Shown: one piece after another, positions 47,922-58,796 of the stretch
Numbering within the stretch: position 1 is the stretch's first letter
Layout of the letters: every line of letters begins with the position of its first letter
The notes under the pieces: generated by a model
Database searches by the model: none
What the model was told of the DNA's origin: nothing
The model's input: the letters and a program-made list of their open reading frames with translations, nothing else
Translations under genes and position numbers: made by a program
Origin: Longimicrobiales bacterium
Lineage (GTDB): Bacteria; Gemmatimonadota; Gemmatimonadetes; Longimicrobiales; Gaopeijiaceae
Reading direction: 5' to 3'
Assembly: GCA_965248195.1 (NCBI GenBank)
Contig: CBDFIQ010000002.1
Coordinates: 1,024,001 to 1,088,000, forward strand
DNA: 64,000 nucleotides

Positions 47922-49495
47922 ACCAGGAAGGCGGGCCGCTCCCTGTCCTTCCGGTTCCGGTTCGCGAGACCCTCGACGAATTCAGCTCTCAGCTCCGGCT
48001 AGATCTCCACGTATGGAGCCTTGGGGAGGATGGCAGCCGGACGGCCCAGCTCTATCCGGGTCTGGAGAACGGCGGCCCCGCCGGAATCCGGGAGCCTTCG
48101 CCGGACGGCGTGCTCCGCCGTCTGTCCCCGAGGGATGGTCCTGCTTTGCAGCTCGAGATTTGCTCCTCCGACGGATTGGCGGTGGAAGGCGTCGCTTCTC
48201 TCCTTCAGTCGGAGCTGGAGCGGGCGCTCGACTTCGCGCAGGAGGTTCGATTTTTCACCTACGAGCTGTCGGTGCGGTATGAGGAGATCAACCTGCTGTA
48301 TTCGATTAGCGAGACGCTCGGTTCGATACTCATTCTGGAAGAAGCCACCGACGAAATCCTGAGGGACCTCTGTGAGGTGCTCGGTGCCGAGAGGGGGTCT
48401 CTCTGGGTCCATGACCGTCGCCAAGGTCGGCTTCGTCTCACCGCGTCCGTCGGGCGGGAGTCTAGCGCCTCCCTCGATTCCCAAACGCCGGACCCCGTCA
48501 CGTCAGGAGTCTTCGAGGAGGGGCGTTCGCGGATCGGTGGCCGCGAGGATTTTGAAAAGCCTGGGTCGGACGGTGCCACGACGGACATTTCGGTGCCGAT
48601 CAGCTACAGCCGGCGTTCGGGCGAAACGAGGATCGTAGGCGTTATCGACCTCTTTGGGCGCGTGCGTGGCGAACCCTTCACAACGAGCGACCAGAAGCTT
48701 CTTTCGGCGATCGCGACTCAGGTGGGTGCGGCGCTCGAGAACAACCGGCTCATTCAGGAAAGCCTCCAGCAGGAGAGGATGAGTCACGAGATGGAGTTGG
48801 CGCACAATCTCCAGATGAAGCTACTGACATCACCGGAGGCATTCGAGCGGGCGGATGTAGCAGCCCGTGTGGCTTCCGCGGAACAGGTCGGCGGAGACTT
48901 TTTCCATCTCTTCAAGCTACCGTCGGGAAAGATCGGCGTGATGATCGGGGATGTCTCGTCTCATGGGTTCCCAGCTGCGCTGATCATGGCGCTTTGTTTG
49001 AGTGCTGCGAGCATCTACGCCCAGGAGTCGCCCGATCCGGCGGAGGTGCTACGGAAGCTCGACGATGCGCTACGCGGCGAGCTCGAGACTACCGAGATGT
49101 TCGTGAGCCTCTGTTATGTGGTAATCGATCCGGCGGCGGGGGAGCTTAGGTACTCGAATGCCGGTCATCCACACGCGTGGGTGTTCCGATCCGATGGCGA
49201 TTCGGAGCGGCTCGTTGCCACCGACCCACCCGTGGGATTCGCCGGTCCCGAGTCGTACGCTGAGGCGCGGGTGCCCTGGGAGAATGGAGACCTCCTCGTC
49301 CTCTTCACCGATGGCCTGTCCGACTCGCTCGCAACGCCCGAGCCGGGGAGCGGCGAGGCCGCGGTCCTCGATGTGGTGAGGAGAGAGCGAGAGACGGATC
49401 CCACTCACATCGTCGAGGTCCTGTTCGACCTGGCTGAAGCTGCCACCCCCTACATTCCGGCAGACGACGTAACGGCGGTGGTTCTCCGAACCTGA
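47918..49495 (+). CDS. GAF plus PP2C (SpoIIE/RsbU-like) phosphatase
   Basis: GAF region; VGGDFF, GDVSSHG, NAGH, FTDGL, DDVT. Confidence 0.92.
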   Translation: MNQEGGPLPVLPVPVRETLDEFSSQLRLDLHVWSLGEDGSRTAQLYPGLENGGPAGIREPSPDGVLRRLSPRDGPALQLEICSSDGLAVEGVASLLQSELERALDFAQEVRFFTYELSVRYEEINLLYSISETLGSILILEEATDEILRDLCEVLGAERGSLWVHDRRQGRLRLTASVGRESSASLDSQTPDPVTSGVFEEGRSRIGGREDFEKPGSDGATTDISVPISYSRRSGETRIVGVIDLFGRVRGEPFTTSDQKLLSAIATQVGAALENNRLIQESLQQERMSHEMELAHNLQMKLLTSPEAFERADVAARVASAEQVGGDFFHLFKLPSGKIGVMIGDVSSHGFPAALIMALCLSAASIYAQESPDPAEVLRKLDDALRGELETTEMFVSLCYVVIDPAAGELRYSNAGHPHAWVFRSDGDSERLVATDPPVGFAGPESYAEARVPWENGDLLVLFTDGLSDSLATPEPGSGEAAVLDVVRRERETDPTHIVEVLFDLAEAATPYIPADDVTAVVLRT

Positions 49496-49518
49496 TCGGA
49501 GGACGGCGGCGTTAGCTG

Positions 49519-50319
49519 ATGCGAGCGAAGAAATCTCTCGGGCAAAATTTTCTCGTGGACGTCGGGCTTCAGCAGGAGATCGTTGAGGCCCTCGGGTGTT
49601 CGACGTCGGACACCGTGTTGGAGATCGGGTCGGGCCGCGGGGCGCTCACTCGGCACCTGGTGGGCCGGGCGGGGCATCTGGTGTTGGTGGAGTTGGACGA
49701 CCGGCTTGCGGAGGCGCTCCGGGATGAGTGGGGGAGCCGCCCCGATGTGGACATAGTCCATCAGGATTTCCTGGAATTGGATTGGTCCTCGGTGGCCCCG
49801 GACCCGACGGACCTGCTCGTCGTGGGAAACATCCCGTACAACATCACGGCGCCGATCGTCTTCAAGGTGCTCGAACGCCCTCGCCCCCGCGACATCATTC
49901 TGATGGTTCAGCGCGAGGTAGCCGACCGGCTTACCGCTGAGCCTGGCACTGGCGAATACGGGGCTCTGACTGTCGGCGTTCGTTGTGTCGCATCGGTGGA
50001 GCGAGTTCTTCGTGTGCCGCGGACTGCGTTCCGGCCTGTACCCGGGGTGGACTCGGCCGTCGTGCGAATCACTCCGTTCGCACCTCCGCCTCTTTCCGCC
50101 GATGATGAACGCTCACTCAGAGCGCTCACGCGGGCAGCCTTCGCGTGGCGGCGAAAGCAGTTACAGAAGATTCTCCGCGACCACGAGGCGCTGGGAGTCT
50201 CTAGGGATCGCCTGGACGACCTCTCCCGAGAAACAGGATGGGACCTTACACGCAGACCCGAGACGCTGTCTCCGGAAGACTTCGTGCGCCTGTCCGAATT
50301 CCTCACGAGGACGGCTTAG
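49519..50319 (+). CDS. rsmA: 16S rRNA dimethyladenosine transferase
   Basis: KKSLGQNFL, EIGSGRGALT, GNIPYNIT, F.P.PGVDS. Confidence 0.96.
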   Translation: MRAKKSLGQNFLVDVGLQQEIVEALGCSTSDTVLEIGSGRGALTRHLVGRAGHLVLVELDDRLAEALRDEWGSRPDVDIVHQDFLELDWSSVAPDPTDLLVVGNIPYNITAPIVFKVLERPRPRDIILMVQREVADRLTAEPGTGEYGALTVGVRCVASVERVLRVPRTAFRPVPGVDSAVVRITPFAPPPLSADDERSLRALTRAAFAWRRKQLQKILRDHEALGVSRDRLDDLSRETGWDLTRRPETLSPEDFVRLSEFLTRTA

Positions 50320-50411
50320 TGTGCTGAGTCAGAAGTTCGCCGGACTAGCCTGGGTGCGCCGGCCACCCGTCGACTCCAACAATTGGCGCACACGCCTCAC
50401 TCCCCCTAATA

Positions 50412-50429
50412 TTGTGAAGATTTTCACAA
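50412..50429. promoter_or_regulatory. Rex operator
   Basis: Perfect palindrome TTGTGAA-GATT-TTCACAA matching the Rex consensus, 32 nt upstream of rex. Confidence 0.9.
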
Positions 50430-50461
50430 GGCTGCGTGTGGTTGGGAAAACGGGGTCATAG

Positions 50462-51103
50462 TTGTCAAACTCACGGAAAATTTCGGAATCGGCGGTCCAC
50501 CGGCTGTCCCTCTACCTTCGGATTCTGGAGGATCTCGAGCGTGAGGATCGAGAGACGGTGTCCAGCGAAGAGATGTCGGGCCGGAGCGCGACCACGGCGG
50601 CCCAGGTCCGGAAGGATCTCTCGCTGTTCGGGTCGTTTGGAAAGCGTGGACTCGGCTACGACGTCGCCGAACTCGCCGTGCGGCTCAGAAAAATTCTGGG
50701 CCTCGACCGGCGGTGGCGTGTCGCTCTCGTGGGAGCCGGCCGCATTGGGTCGGCGCTCGTGGAGTACGGTGGGTTCGCCGAGCGCAGTTATGATGTGGTG
50801 GCTATCTTCGACTCCGACCCATCCAAGGTCGGTCAGACATGGGGTGGGCTGCGCGTGCGGGATATCAGCGAGTTCGTATCCGTCGCTAACGACGAGGGTG
50901 TCGAGATCGTGATTCTAGCGATTCCGGCGGAGGCCGTACCCTCCGTCGTCGAGCAAGTTGAGGAGGCGGGTGTTAGGGGCATTCTGAATTTCGCGCCCAC
51001 CAAGCTGAAGGTCCCTGAGGGAGTTGCCGTGAAGGACGTGAACATGGTCATGGAGCTCGAAGCCTTGTCCTTCGCCTTGAGCCAGGAAGACGCAGAGGGG
51101 TGA
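50462..51103 (+). CDS. rex: Redox-sensing transcriptional repressor Rex
   Basis: RLSLYLR, AQVRKDLSLFGSFGKRGLGY, VGAGRIG, GILNFAP. Confidence 0.97.
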   Translation: MSNSRKISESAVHRLSLYLRILEDLEREDRETVSSEEMSGRSATTAAQVRKDLSLFGSFGKRGLGYDVAELAVRLRKILGLDRRWRVALVGAGRIGSALVEYGGFAERSYDVVAIFDSDPSKVGQTWGGLRVRDISEFVSVANDEGVEIVILAIPAEAVPSVVEQVEEAGVRGILNFAPTKLKVPEGVAVKDVNMVMELEALSFALSQEDAEG

Positions 51104-51945
51104 GCGCAGACCGGGCTCTGGTTCACCGAGTGGCTTCTGTTCTAGAGAAGGGGCCCATGCATACGGTGGCTCTCGCCCATGAGGCTCTGGGGCTTACCGG
51201 AAATCCTGGGGCCGCATCCGCCGCGGTGTTTACGCTCTTGGGGCCCGACCCACGGTTCCAGGTGGATGGCGAAGGCGTCTGGTCGATGGCGGGTCCGGGT
51301 CCGGGTACTCCGCTCTCTGAGTTGTGCTATGCGGTTGTGGACATCGAGACGACAGGTGGGAGCTACGGTCGCGGGCACCGTCTGACCGACATCGCCATCT
51401 ACGAAGTGCGTGGCGGTGTGGTGGAGGATGAGTTTCGGTCGCTGGTAAATCCGGGGCGGACGATCCCTTTCAACATCGAAGTACTGACCGGTATCAGCAA
51501 TGTCATGGTCTCGTCTGCGCCCTTCTTCGACCACATCGCAGTTGATGTCGCGGAGCGACTCGAGGGCCGGATTTTTGTGGCGCACAATGCGCGCTTTGAC
51601 TGGGGCTTCCTCAGTCGACAGCTTGTCGAAGCCATCGGTGAAGCTCCCGTCGTCGAGCGCTTATGCACGGTCCAGATGGCACGCCGCCTTATCCCTCGGT
51701 TGCGGCGCCGCAACCTCGACGCGGTTACGCGGCACTTCGGGATCGACGTCACGGATCGCCACCGGGCTCACGGAGACGCCTTGGCCACGGCGTGCGTTCT
51801 GATCCGGCTCCTGGATGAGGCGAGCCGGCAGGGACTCTCAGACCTCCACGCCCTCAGATCCTTTCTCCGGAAACGTGGGCGGCGTTCGCGACCGCGGCAG
51901 GGCCAGCAGCTGTCCTTCTTGGGTGCCACTTCCGACAACGACTAG
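51100..51945 (+). CDS. DEDDh 3'-5' exonuclease (DnaQ-like) with extra N-terminal domain
   Basis: VDIETTG, VAHNARFD, HRAHGDA. Confidence 0.9.
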   Translation: MSADRALVHRVASVLEKGPMHTVALAHEALGLTGNPGAASAAVFTLLGPDPRFQVDGEGVWSMAGPGPGTPLSELCYAVVDIETTGGSYGRGHRLTDIAIYEVRGGVVEDEFRSLVNPGRTIPFNIEVLTGISNVMVSSAPFFDHIAVDVAERLEGRIFVAHNARFDWGFLSRQLVEAIGEAPVVERLCTVQMARRLIPRLRRRNLDAVTRHFGIDVTDRHRAHGDALATACVLIRLLDEASRQGLSDLHALRSFLRKRGRRSRPRQGQQLSFLGATSDND

Positions 51946-52000
51946 ATTACTTCGCAGTCTCCGCCGGTCGGGGTGAGCCTCCACGAGCAAACCATGGGTC

Positions 52001-53212
52001 ATGGGTAAAAAGGCGAGAACCCCAGTAATCCTCGCAGGAGGCCGTACTGCGATCGGCCGCTTTCGCGGCGGTCTTTCCCCTCTGGCCGCCCCCGAGCTAG
52101 GCGGGATAACGATCCGGGCGGCGTTAGAGCGATCCGGGGTCGATCCGGCGAGTGTCGACGAGGTCATCATGGGAAACGTCGTTGTGGCAGGTGAGGGCCA
52201 GGCCCCGGCCCGGCAAGCAGCGATCTCGGGTGGCGTTCCCGCAACAGTCCCGGCCCTCACGGTCAACAAGGTCTGCGGATCGGGGCTGAAGGCCGTGATG
52301 CTAGCGGCTCAGGCGGTACGAGCTGGGGACGCCCAGGTGGTCGTGGCCGGGGGGATGGAGTCGATGTCGAACGTACCCTACTACGTCCGCGGGCTTCGAT
52401 CCGGTGTAAAGTTCGGCGATCAAACGCTCGAGGACGGCTTGGTGTTGGATGGTCTGTGGTGCGCGTTCGGCAATTGCCATATGGGCGGTCACGCCGAGTA
52501 TACGGCTGCGAAGGCGGGGATTTCGAGGGCCGACGCAGACGAGTTCTCACTTCGCTCTCACCGTCTGGCGGTCGCCGCCATGGACGGGGGTAAGTTCGAG
52601 CAGGAAATCGTCGCGGTGTCGATCGACACATGTCGGGGGACCACCGTGTTCGATTCCGATGAAGGCCCCCGGCGCGACACCTCGCTGGAGGCACTCGCGA
52701 AGCTGCGGCCCGCTTTTGGGGCAGACGCCCCGGACGATATCGAAGAGCTGGTCGTGACCGCGGGAAACGCCCCAGGGCTCAACGATGGAGCGGCGGCAGT
52801 CGTGGTTACCTCGCTCGAATTTGCTCAGGCGCAGGGAATACCTGTCCGCGCGGAGATTTCCGCATATGCCGCCGCCGGAGCCGACCCCCAAGATCTGTTC
52901 TTCGCGCCGATCGCCGCGGTGAAAAACCTGATGGAAAAGGAGCACACGGGCATCGGGGACTATGGTCTGGTCGAATTGAATGAAGCGTTCGCGGTGCAGG
53001 CATTGGCGGACATGAGGGAGCTCGAGATGGATCCGGAGCGGGTGAACGTCCATGGTGGCGCGGTGGCCCTCGGACATCCGATCGGTGCCTCCGGGACACG
53101 CATCTTGGTGACCCTACTCGGAGCCATGGAGGATCGGGATGTAGAGACCGGCTTGGCGACCCTCTGTCTCGGCGGGGGCAACGCTGTGGCACTCTCCGTC
53201 CGCCGCACGTGA
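52001..53212 (+). CDS. Acetyl-CoA C-acetyltransferase (thiolase)
   Basis: [25 protein letters not shown]. Confidence 0.95.
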   Translation: MGKKARTPVILAGGRTAIGRFRGGLSPLAAPELGGITIRAALERSGVDPASVDEVIMGNVVVAGEGQAPARQAAISGGVPATVPALTVNKVCGSGLKAVMLAAQAVRAGDAQVVVAGGMESMSNVPYYVRGLRSGVKFGDQTLEDGLVLDGLWCAFGNCHMGGHAEYTAAKAGISRADADEFSLRSHRLAVAAMDGGKFEQEIVAVSIDTCRGTTVFDSDEGPRRDTSLEALAKLRPAFGADAPDDIEELVVTAGNAPGLNDGAAAVVVTSLEFAQAQGIPVRAEISAYAAAGADPQDLFFAPIAAVKNLMEKEHTGIGDYGLVELNEAFAVQALADMRELEMDPERVNVHGGAVALGHPIGASGTRILVTLLGAMEDRDVETGLATLCLGGGNAVALSVRRT

Positions 53213-54090
53213 GTACGGATTCCTCGGACATCACGGGCATCCACATCGTGACGGTGGTGGGTGGCGGGACCATGGGAAACGGGATCGCGCACGTCTGTGC
53301 GCTGGGTGGGCGGGAGGTGCGGATCACGGACGTGTCACTAGAGGTTCTGGACCAGGCTCTCGCGACGATCGCAAAGAATCTGGACCGGCAGGTGAAGAAG
53401 GAGATCATCTCCGAGGCCGGGCGAGACGAGGCGCTCGAGCGGATCCGGCCAATGACCGATCTGGAAGCTGCCACCGCCGGCACGCAGCTCATCATCGAGG
53501 CCGTCCCCGAAAAGGCGGACATCAAGTACGATCTCTTTCGGCGACTCGACCAGATCACCTCTGCCGAAGCGATTCTGGCCAGCAACACGTCTTCCATCTC
53601 GATCACCGCGATTGCGGCGGAGACGGCGCGTCCCGACCGGGTGATCGGCATGCACTTCATGAATCCCGTTCCGGTGATGACGCTGGTCGAGGTGATCCGT
53701 GGACTGGCCACGAGTGACGCCACCACCGCGTCCGTCATGAACTTTTCCACGGAACTGGGGAAGACCCCCGTGGAGGTCAACGACTTCCCGGGTTTCGTCT
53801 CGAATCGAATTCTGGGACCCATGATCAACGAGGCGGTCTTCGCGTTGATGGAGGGTGTGGCCGACGTGGAGGCGATCGACTCAGTCATGAAGCTCGGCAT
53901 GAATCACCCGATGGGGCCGCTGGCGTTGGCCGATCTGATCGGGTTGGACACCTGCCTCAGCATCATGGAGGTCCTGCATCGGGAGTTGGGGGACGACCGC
54001 TATCGGCCCTGTCCGCTCCTCCGAAAATACGTCGCCGCGGATTGGCTGGGACGCAAGACGGGGCGCGGTTTCTACACGTACACGGACTGA
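53209..54090 (+). CDS. hbd: 3-hydroxybutyryl-CoA dehydrogenase
   Basis: [43 protein letters not shown]. Confidence 0.94.
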   Translation: MSTDSSDITGIHIVTVVGGGTMGNGIAHVCALGGREVRITDVSLEVLDQALATIAKNLDRQVKKEIISEAGRDEALERIRPMTDLEAATAGTQLIIEAVPEKADIKYDLFRRLDQITSAEAILASNTSSISITAIAAETARPDRVIGMHFMNPVPVMTLVEVIRGLATSDATTASVMNFSTELGKTPVEVNDFPGFVSNRILGPMINEAVFALMEGVADVEAIDSVMKLGMNHPMGPLALADLIGLDTCLSIMEVLHRELGDDRYRPCPLLRKYVAADWLGRKTGRGFYTYTD

Positions 54091-54133
54091 TCCGGAAGGG
54101 GAAGACCACACTTAGACCGAGGTCGGGAGGCCC

Positions 54134-55183
54134 GTGGAAATCTTCGAGGCGATGGCTGAAAAGGAGCACGACCAGCTCGTGTTCTGGAGTGATGTGGCCA
54201 GCGGATATCGTGGGCTGATCGCGATCCACGACACCACATTGGGCCCGGCGCTTGGCGGCACACGGTTTTGGAATTACACGTCGGAGGCCGAGGCGATCAC
54301 CGATGTGCTTCGTCTCGCGCGAAGCATGACCTACAAAGCCGCCATTACCGGCCTCGAGCTCGGGGGTGGAAAATCCGTCATCGTCGGGGACAACCACACG
54401 ACGGAGCGTGAGGCGATTTTCCGGGCCCATGGACGAGCCATCGAGTCGCTCGGAGGCCGGTACATCACGGCCGAGGACGTCGGGACGTCTGTCGACGACA
54501 TGGAGTACGTCCGCAAGGAGACCCAGTGGGTGACGGGCCTAAAGGGACGGTCCGGCGATCCCTCACCGATTACCGCCTTCGGCGTATATCAGGGTGTCAA
54601 GGCGGCCGCTCGATTCCGCTACGGCCACGAATCTCTCGAGGGCCGTCACGTCGTGGTTCAGGGGTTGGGACATGTGGGATATCACCTTTGCAAGCACCTA
54701 GCCACGGAGGGGGCTCGCTTGAGCGTAACCGATATCGAGGACGAGCGGGTCCGGAAGGCAATAGATGATTTCGGTGCGGCGGCAGTGGCGCCCGACGACG
54801 TGTACGGGACCCGTGCCGACATCTTCTCCCCGTGTGCCCTGGGCGCTGTGATCAACGATGACACGCTCGCCGCGCTGAAGGTCGACATCGTCGCGGGTTC
54901 AGCCAACAACCAGTTGGCCGAAACGCGCCACGGCAAGGCGCTTCACGAGCGGGACATCGTGTATGCTCCGGACTACGTGATCAACGCGGGCGGCATGTGT
55001 AACGTTTATGGGGAACTCAAGGGCTGGACGGCCGAGCAGAGCATGGAAAAGGCCGGAGGAATCTACGAGTGCCTCCTCCAGGTTTTCGGGCACGCTTTGG
55101 TAGAAGATATCCCGACCAGCCAGGCTGCGGACAGCATGGCTCGCCGGCGCATCGCCGAGGTGCGACGGCTGCGCGATGCGTAG
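54134..55183 (+). CDS. Leu/Phe/Val dehydrogenase
   Basis: [41 protein letters not shown]. Confidence 0.93.
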   Translation: MEIFEAMAEKEHDQLVFWSDVASGYRGLIAIHDTTLGPALGGTRFWNYTSEAEAITDVLRLARSMTYKAAITGLELGGGKSVIVGDNHTTEREAIFRAHGRAIESLGGRYITAEDVGTSVDDMEYVRKETQWVTGLKGRSGDPSPITAFGVYQGVKAAARFRYGHESLEGRHVVVQGLGHVGYHLCKHLATEGARLSVTDIEDERVRKAIDDFGAAAVAPDDVYGTRADIFSPCALGAVINDDTLAALKVDIVAGSANNQLAETRHGKALHERDIVYAPDYVINAGGMCNVYGELKGWTAEQSMEKAGGIYECLLQVFGHALVEDIPTSQAADSMARRRIAEVRRLRDA

Positions 55184-55269
55184 CTGACGCGGCCCTTTTT
55201 CCTCAGGTTAACGCGGATCCGATATTTGCTCATAGCCCGAACAAGTCTCCCACTGTAGGTTCGCCCCCC

Positions 55270-56529
55270 ATGGATCACTTGCGAAGCACCGACCCCGATA
55301 TTTTTGAGGCAATCCGCCGCGAAGCGGCACGCCAAGGTTCCCAGCTCGAACTCATCGCCAGCGAGAATTTCGTTTCCCGGGCGGTCCTCGAAGCCATGGG
55401 GTCGGTCATGACCAACAAGTACGCAGAGGGACTTCCTGGGAAGCGTTATTACGGTGGTTGTGAGTTCGTGGACGAGGGGGAGGAACTGGCCCGCAGTCGG
55501 GCCACGCAGCTCTTCTCGGCGGACCATGCCAACGTTCAGCCACACTCCGGCGCCCAGGCCAACATGGCCGCTTACTTCGCCTTGCTCTCACCCGGTGACA
55601 CGATCCTCGGAATGGACTTGAGTCACGGTGGCCATCTGACCCACGGGTCGCCCGTGAACTTCAGTGGCCAACTCTACGATGTAGTGTCGTACGGAGTGCG
55701 GGAGTCGGATGCTCGCATCGACTACGACCTTCTTCGCGAGAAGGCGTTGAAGGCCCGACCCAAGATGATCGTGGCCGGAGCCAGCGCCTATCCTCGCATC
55801 ATCGATTTCGAAGCGTTCGGCGACATCGCCCAGGAGGCCGGCGCCTATCTTATGGTCGACATGGCGCACATCGCAGGCCTCGTCGCCGTCGGGCTTCATC
55901 CCAGCCCGGTCCCCCACGCCGACATCGTCACGACGACGACGCATAAGACCCTCCGGGGTCCGAGAGGCGGCATGATCCTGTGTAAGGAGGAGCATGCGAA
56001 AGCGGTGGACAAGGCCGTCTTCCCGGGCATGCAGGGGGGGCCTTTGATGCACATCATCGCGGCCAAGGCCGTCTCGTTCAAAGAGGCTCTTCAGGCCGAT
56101 TTCAAGATTTACCAGAGCCAGACCATTAACAACGCTAAGGCGCTCGCGGCCCGGTTGGTCGAGCACGGGGTTGCGGTGGTCAGTGGGGGTACGGACAACC
56201 ACTTGCTCATGGTCGACCTTCGTGAGAGCCACCCGGAGCTCACGGGGAAAGAGGCGGAGCACACGCTCGAACGCGCCGGAATGACGGTCAACAAGAACAC
56301 CGTTCCGCGGGAGACCCGGTCGCCCTTCGTCACCTCGGGGCTCCGGATCGGCACCCCGGCTGTGACCACGAGGGGCCTCCGGGAGCCCGACATGCACCAG
56401 ATCGCGGATTGGATCGCTGCCGTGCTGACGGATGCGTCGGATGAGGCGGTGATATCAAAAACGCGTGCCGAAGTCGAGACGTTGTGCGCGTCGCTTCCAC
56501 TATATGAGGAATTGGCTGGACGTGTGTAG
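55270..56529 (+). CDS. glyA: Serine hydroxymethyltransferase
   Basis: [35 protein letters not shown]. Confidence 0.97.
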   Translation: MDHLRSTDPDIFEAIRREAARQGSQLELIASENFVSRAVLEAMGSVMTNKYAEGLPGKRYYGGCEFVDEGEELARSRATQLFSADHANVQPHSGAQANMAAYFALLSPGDTILGMDLSHGGHLTHGSPVNFSGQLYDVVSYGVRESDARIDYDLLREKALKARPKMIVAGASAYPRIIDFEAFGDIAQEAGAYLMVDMAHIAGLVAVGLHPSPVPHADIVTTTTHKTLRGPRGGMILCKEEHAKAVDKAVFPGMQGGPLMHIIAAKAVSFKEALQADFKIYQSQTINNAKALAARLVEHGVAVVSGGTDNHLLMVDLRESHPELTGKEAEHTLERAGMTVNKNTVPRETRSPFVTSGLRIGTPAVTTRGLREPDMHQIADWIAAVLTDASDEAVISKTRAEVETLCASLPLYEELAGRV

Positions 56530-56565
56530 CCTGGCGCGAGGATCACCAGCGGGTGAGATTGCCGT

Positions 56566-56946
56566 ATGACGGAACTTCAGTTTGCCGAAGACGTTCTGGA
56601 TCAACTCCAGGAAAAACACCCGCGGTTTCACGGGAAGGCCTACCTTTTTTTGCTTTCAGCCCTGCAAGAGGTCATGCAAGGGCTGGAGGAGCCACGACAC
56701 ATCACCGGGCAGGAATTGGCGGACGGTGTGCGCCGCCTCGCGTTAGGCCGCTTCGGACCCTTGTCCAGGACAGTGCTTCAACATTGGGGGATCCACTCGA
56801 CGGAGGACCTGGGCGACATCGTTTTCGCTCTGGTAGAGTGCGGTGTCCTTGTCCGGCAGGAGGGGGATTCCCGAGAAGATTTTCGGGACGTCTTTGATTT
56901 CGAAGAGGCGTTTGAGCAAGATTATCCATGGAGTCCAGGGATCTGA
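56566..56946 (+). CDS. Minf_1886-like conserved protein
   Basis: PRF..AY.F..AL; RHITGQEL; FGPL..VL.HWGI..TED.G.IVF.LVE; DS.EDF. Confidence 0.75.
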   Translation: MTELQFAEDVLDQLQEKHPRFHGKAYLFLLSALQEVMQGLEEPRHITGQELADGVRRLALGRFGPLSRTVLQHWGIHSTEDLGDIVFALVECGVLVRQEGDSREDFRDVFDFEEAFEQDYPWSPGI

Positions 56947-56993
56947 CGTCTTTGGAATAGACAAAACGTCCGGCAGGGGGGAGGGGCTGAGAC

Positions 56994-57188
56994 ATGGACG
57001 AATCTGGATTTCCTCGGTGTCTGAAGTGCGATACGGGGATCTTGCTTCCTCTTTCCGACTACGGCCGCGATGGCGCCGCCATCCGCTATAAGGCCTGGGT
57101 GTGCTCCAACCCTGAGTGTGGGTTCAACATCCGGATCGACAATGGGGAGATTTCGCTCGGTCGCAGTATCGGCGAAAGCTACAAGTAG
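56994..57188 (+). CDS. Small putative zinc-ribbon protein (64 aa)
   Basis: CLKC...CSNPEC; G-rich SD upstream; fits tightly in the operon. Confidence 0.7.
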   Translation: MDESGFPRCLKCDTGILLPLSDYGRDGAAIRYKAWVCSNPECGFNIRIDNGEISLGRSIGESYK

Positions 57189-57203
57189 GCCGGCTCTTCC
57201 GGA

Positions 57204-58796
57204 GTGGACCCCGGCATGAGTCCCACGCCGCTCCGGCCCTTCGCGCGTTCCCGAGTTTGGGCGCCCACCGCCACCGAAGCCGCCGCCTTCGACCGCGCCG
57301 CGATCGAACGCCAGGGGGTCCCGCAGGCTGCCCTCATGGAGTCCGCGGGGCGGTCCGCCGCAGAAATCCTCGACCGGCTTTTTCCCCAGGGAGAGGTCCT
57401 CGCACTCATCGGCGCTGGAAACAATGGTGGAGATGGCCTCGTGATGCTTCGAACCCTGCAGGCGTGGGGGCGCCCGGTCAGAGCCGTTCTCGTGGCCGAC
57501 CGGGACCAGGAGGATCTTCTACGTGGCTGGCAGATCCCGTTCGATAAGGACGACGGACTCGGACAGGATTCGGGACCTCTGGACACGGTGGTGCGTGCCG
57601 CGTCCGTCATCGTGGACGGTATGCTCGGCACCGGCATCCGCGGGGCGCCCCGGGACCGCCAAGCCCGAGCGATCCGGGCACTCAACCGATCCGAGCGGCC
57701 CGTGTTCGCGCTGGATACACCGTCGGGAGTAAACGGCGACACGGGCCAGATCGCTGGAGAAGCGGTCGACGCTGATGTCACCGTCGCCTTCGGATGGCCC
57801 AAGCTCGGCACCCTGCTTCAACCGGGCCGGTCGAGAGTCGGACGTTTGATTGCGGTAGAGATCGGCTTTCCGCCCGTGCCGGACCAGGGCTTCGGTGCCG
57901 CCGCCGCCACGCCGGCGTGGGCCGCCGAGACCTGGCCGAGACGTGAATCCGACGCGCACAAGAACAGCGTGGGTGCGCTTCTCCTTGTGGCGGGCCGGCC
58001 GGGGATGGCGGGAGCTGCCGTCATGGCCGCCCGAGCCGCCCTGCGCTCCGGCGTGGGTCTGCTTCGGGTCGTTTCGTCGTCGGAAAACCGCTCGATCATT
58101 CAAGAGTCCGTTCCGGAGGCGATCTTTGTCCCCGCTGAGGACGTCGACGCCGTGCACGAGGCGGCCGCCGCGTCTCAGGCCATGGGTGTGGGTCCGGGGC
58201 TTGGGAACGGGGCTGAGGCGGGGGAGCTTCTGGCGGCCGTGCTCGAAGTGTCGGAAGGCCTTCCAACGGTCCTCGATGCCGACGCGCTCAACCTGGCGTC
58301 GTCGGGGAAGGGGCCCGGCGTGGCGGAGTGGGCTGCCGACCGGCCCGTCCTCGTGACGCCGCATCTGGGCGAGATGAAGCGGCTATCTGGACTCGAGGGA
58401 GAGGCGATCGAGGAAGACCGGGTAGGCGCTGCCCGAGATCTGGCCAAGACGACTGGAGCGGCGGTCCTGCTCAAAGGCCTCCCGTCGATCGTGATCCCGC
58501 CCGAGGGCACCTGTCTCGTGGATACCGTGGCCTCGTCCGATTTGGCGGCCGGGGGTATGGGTGACGTGCTTACAGGCGTGGCCGCCTCCCTTTTGGCGCA
58601 GGGTGCGCCTCCGGATGAGGCGGGCGCGCTGGCCCTGTACGGGACGGGCCGCGCCGCGGCATGCGCCGCGTTGGGTCCGAGTCTGACTCCCTCCGACGTG
58701 ATCGAGCAGCTTGTGTTGGTGGGGACCGAAGAAGGGCCCGGAGAAAGCGACCTCGATTGTCCATTCGTGATCTTCGACCAGGATCCGGCGAGATGA
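57204..58796 (+). CDS. nnr: Bifunctional NAD(P)H-hydrate epimerase/dehydratase
   Basis: LMESAG, GNNGGDG, D.PSG; HK..G, GPGLG, DADAL, TPH.GE, GG.GDVLTG. Confidence 0.94.
   Translation: MDPGMSPTPLRPFARSRVWAPTATEAAAFDRAAIERQGVPQAALMESAGRSAAEILDRLFPQGEVLALIGAGNNGGDGLVMLRTLQAWGRPVRAVLVADRDQEDLLRGWQIPFDKDDGLGQDSGPLDTVVRAASVIVDGMLGTGIRGAPRDRQARAIRALNRSERPVFALDTPSGVNGDTGQIAGEAVDADVTVAFGWPKLGTLLQPGRSRVGRLIAVEIGFPPVPDQGFGAAAATPAWAAETWPRRESDAHKNSVGALLLVAGRPGMAGAAVMAARAALRSGVGLLRVVSSSENRSIIQESVPEAIFVPAEDVDAVHEAAAASQAMGVGPGLGNGAEAGELLAAVLEVSEGLPTVLDADALNLASSGKGPGVAEWAADRPVLVTPHLGEMKRLSGLEGEAIEEDRVGAARDLAKTTGAAVLLKGLPSIVIPPEGTCLVDTVASSDLAAGGMGDVLTGVAASLLAQGAPPDEAGALALYGTGRAAACAALGPSLTPSDVIEQLVLVGTEEGPGESDLDCPFVIFDQDPAR

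Noticed and set aside
55184..55269. Riboswitch (ZTP/THF/glycine) upstream of glyA
   Set aside because: The 86-bp gap shows no consensus elements I can recognise.
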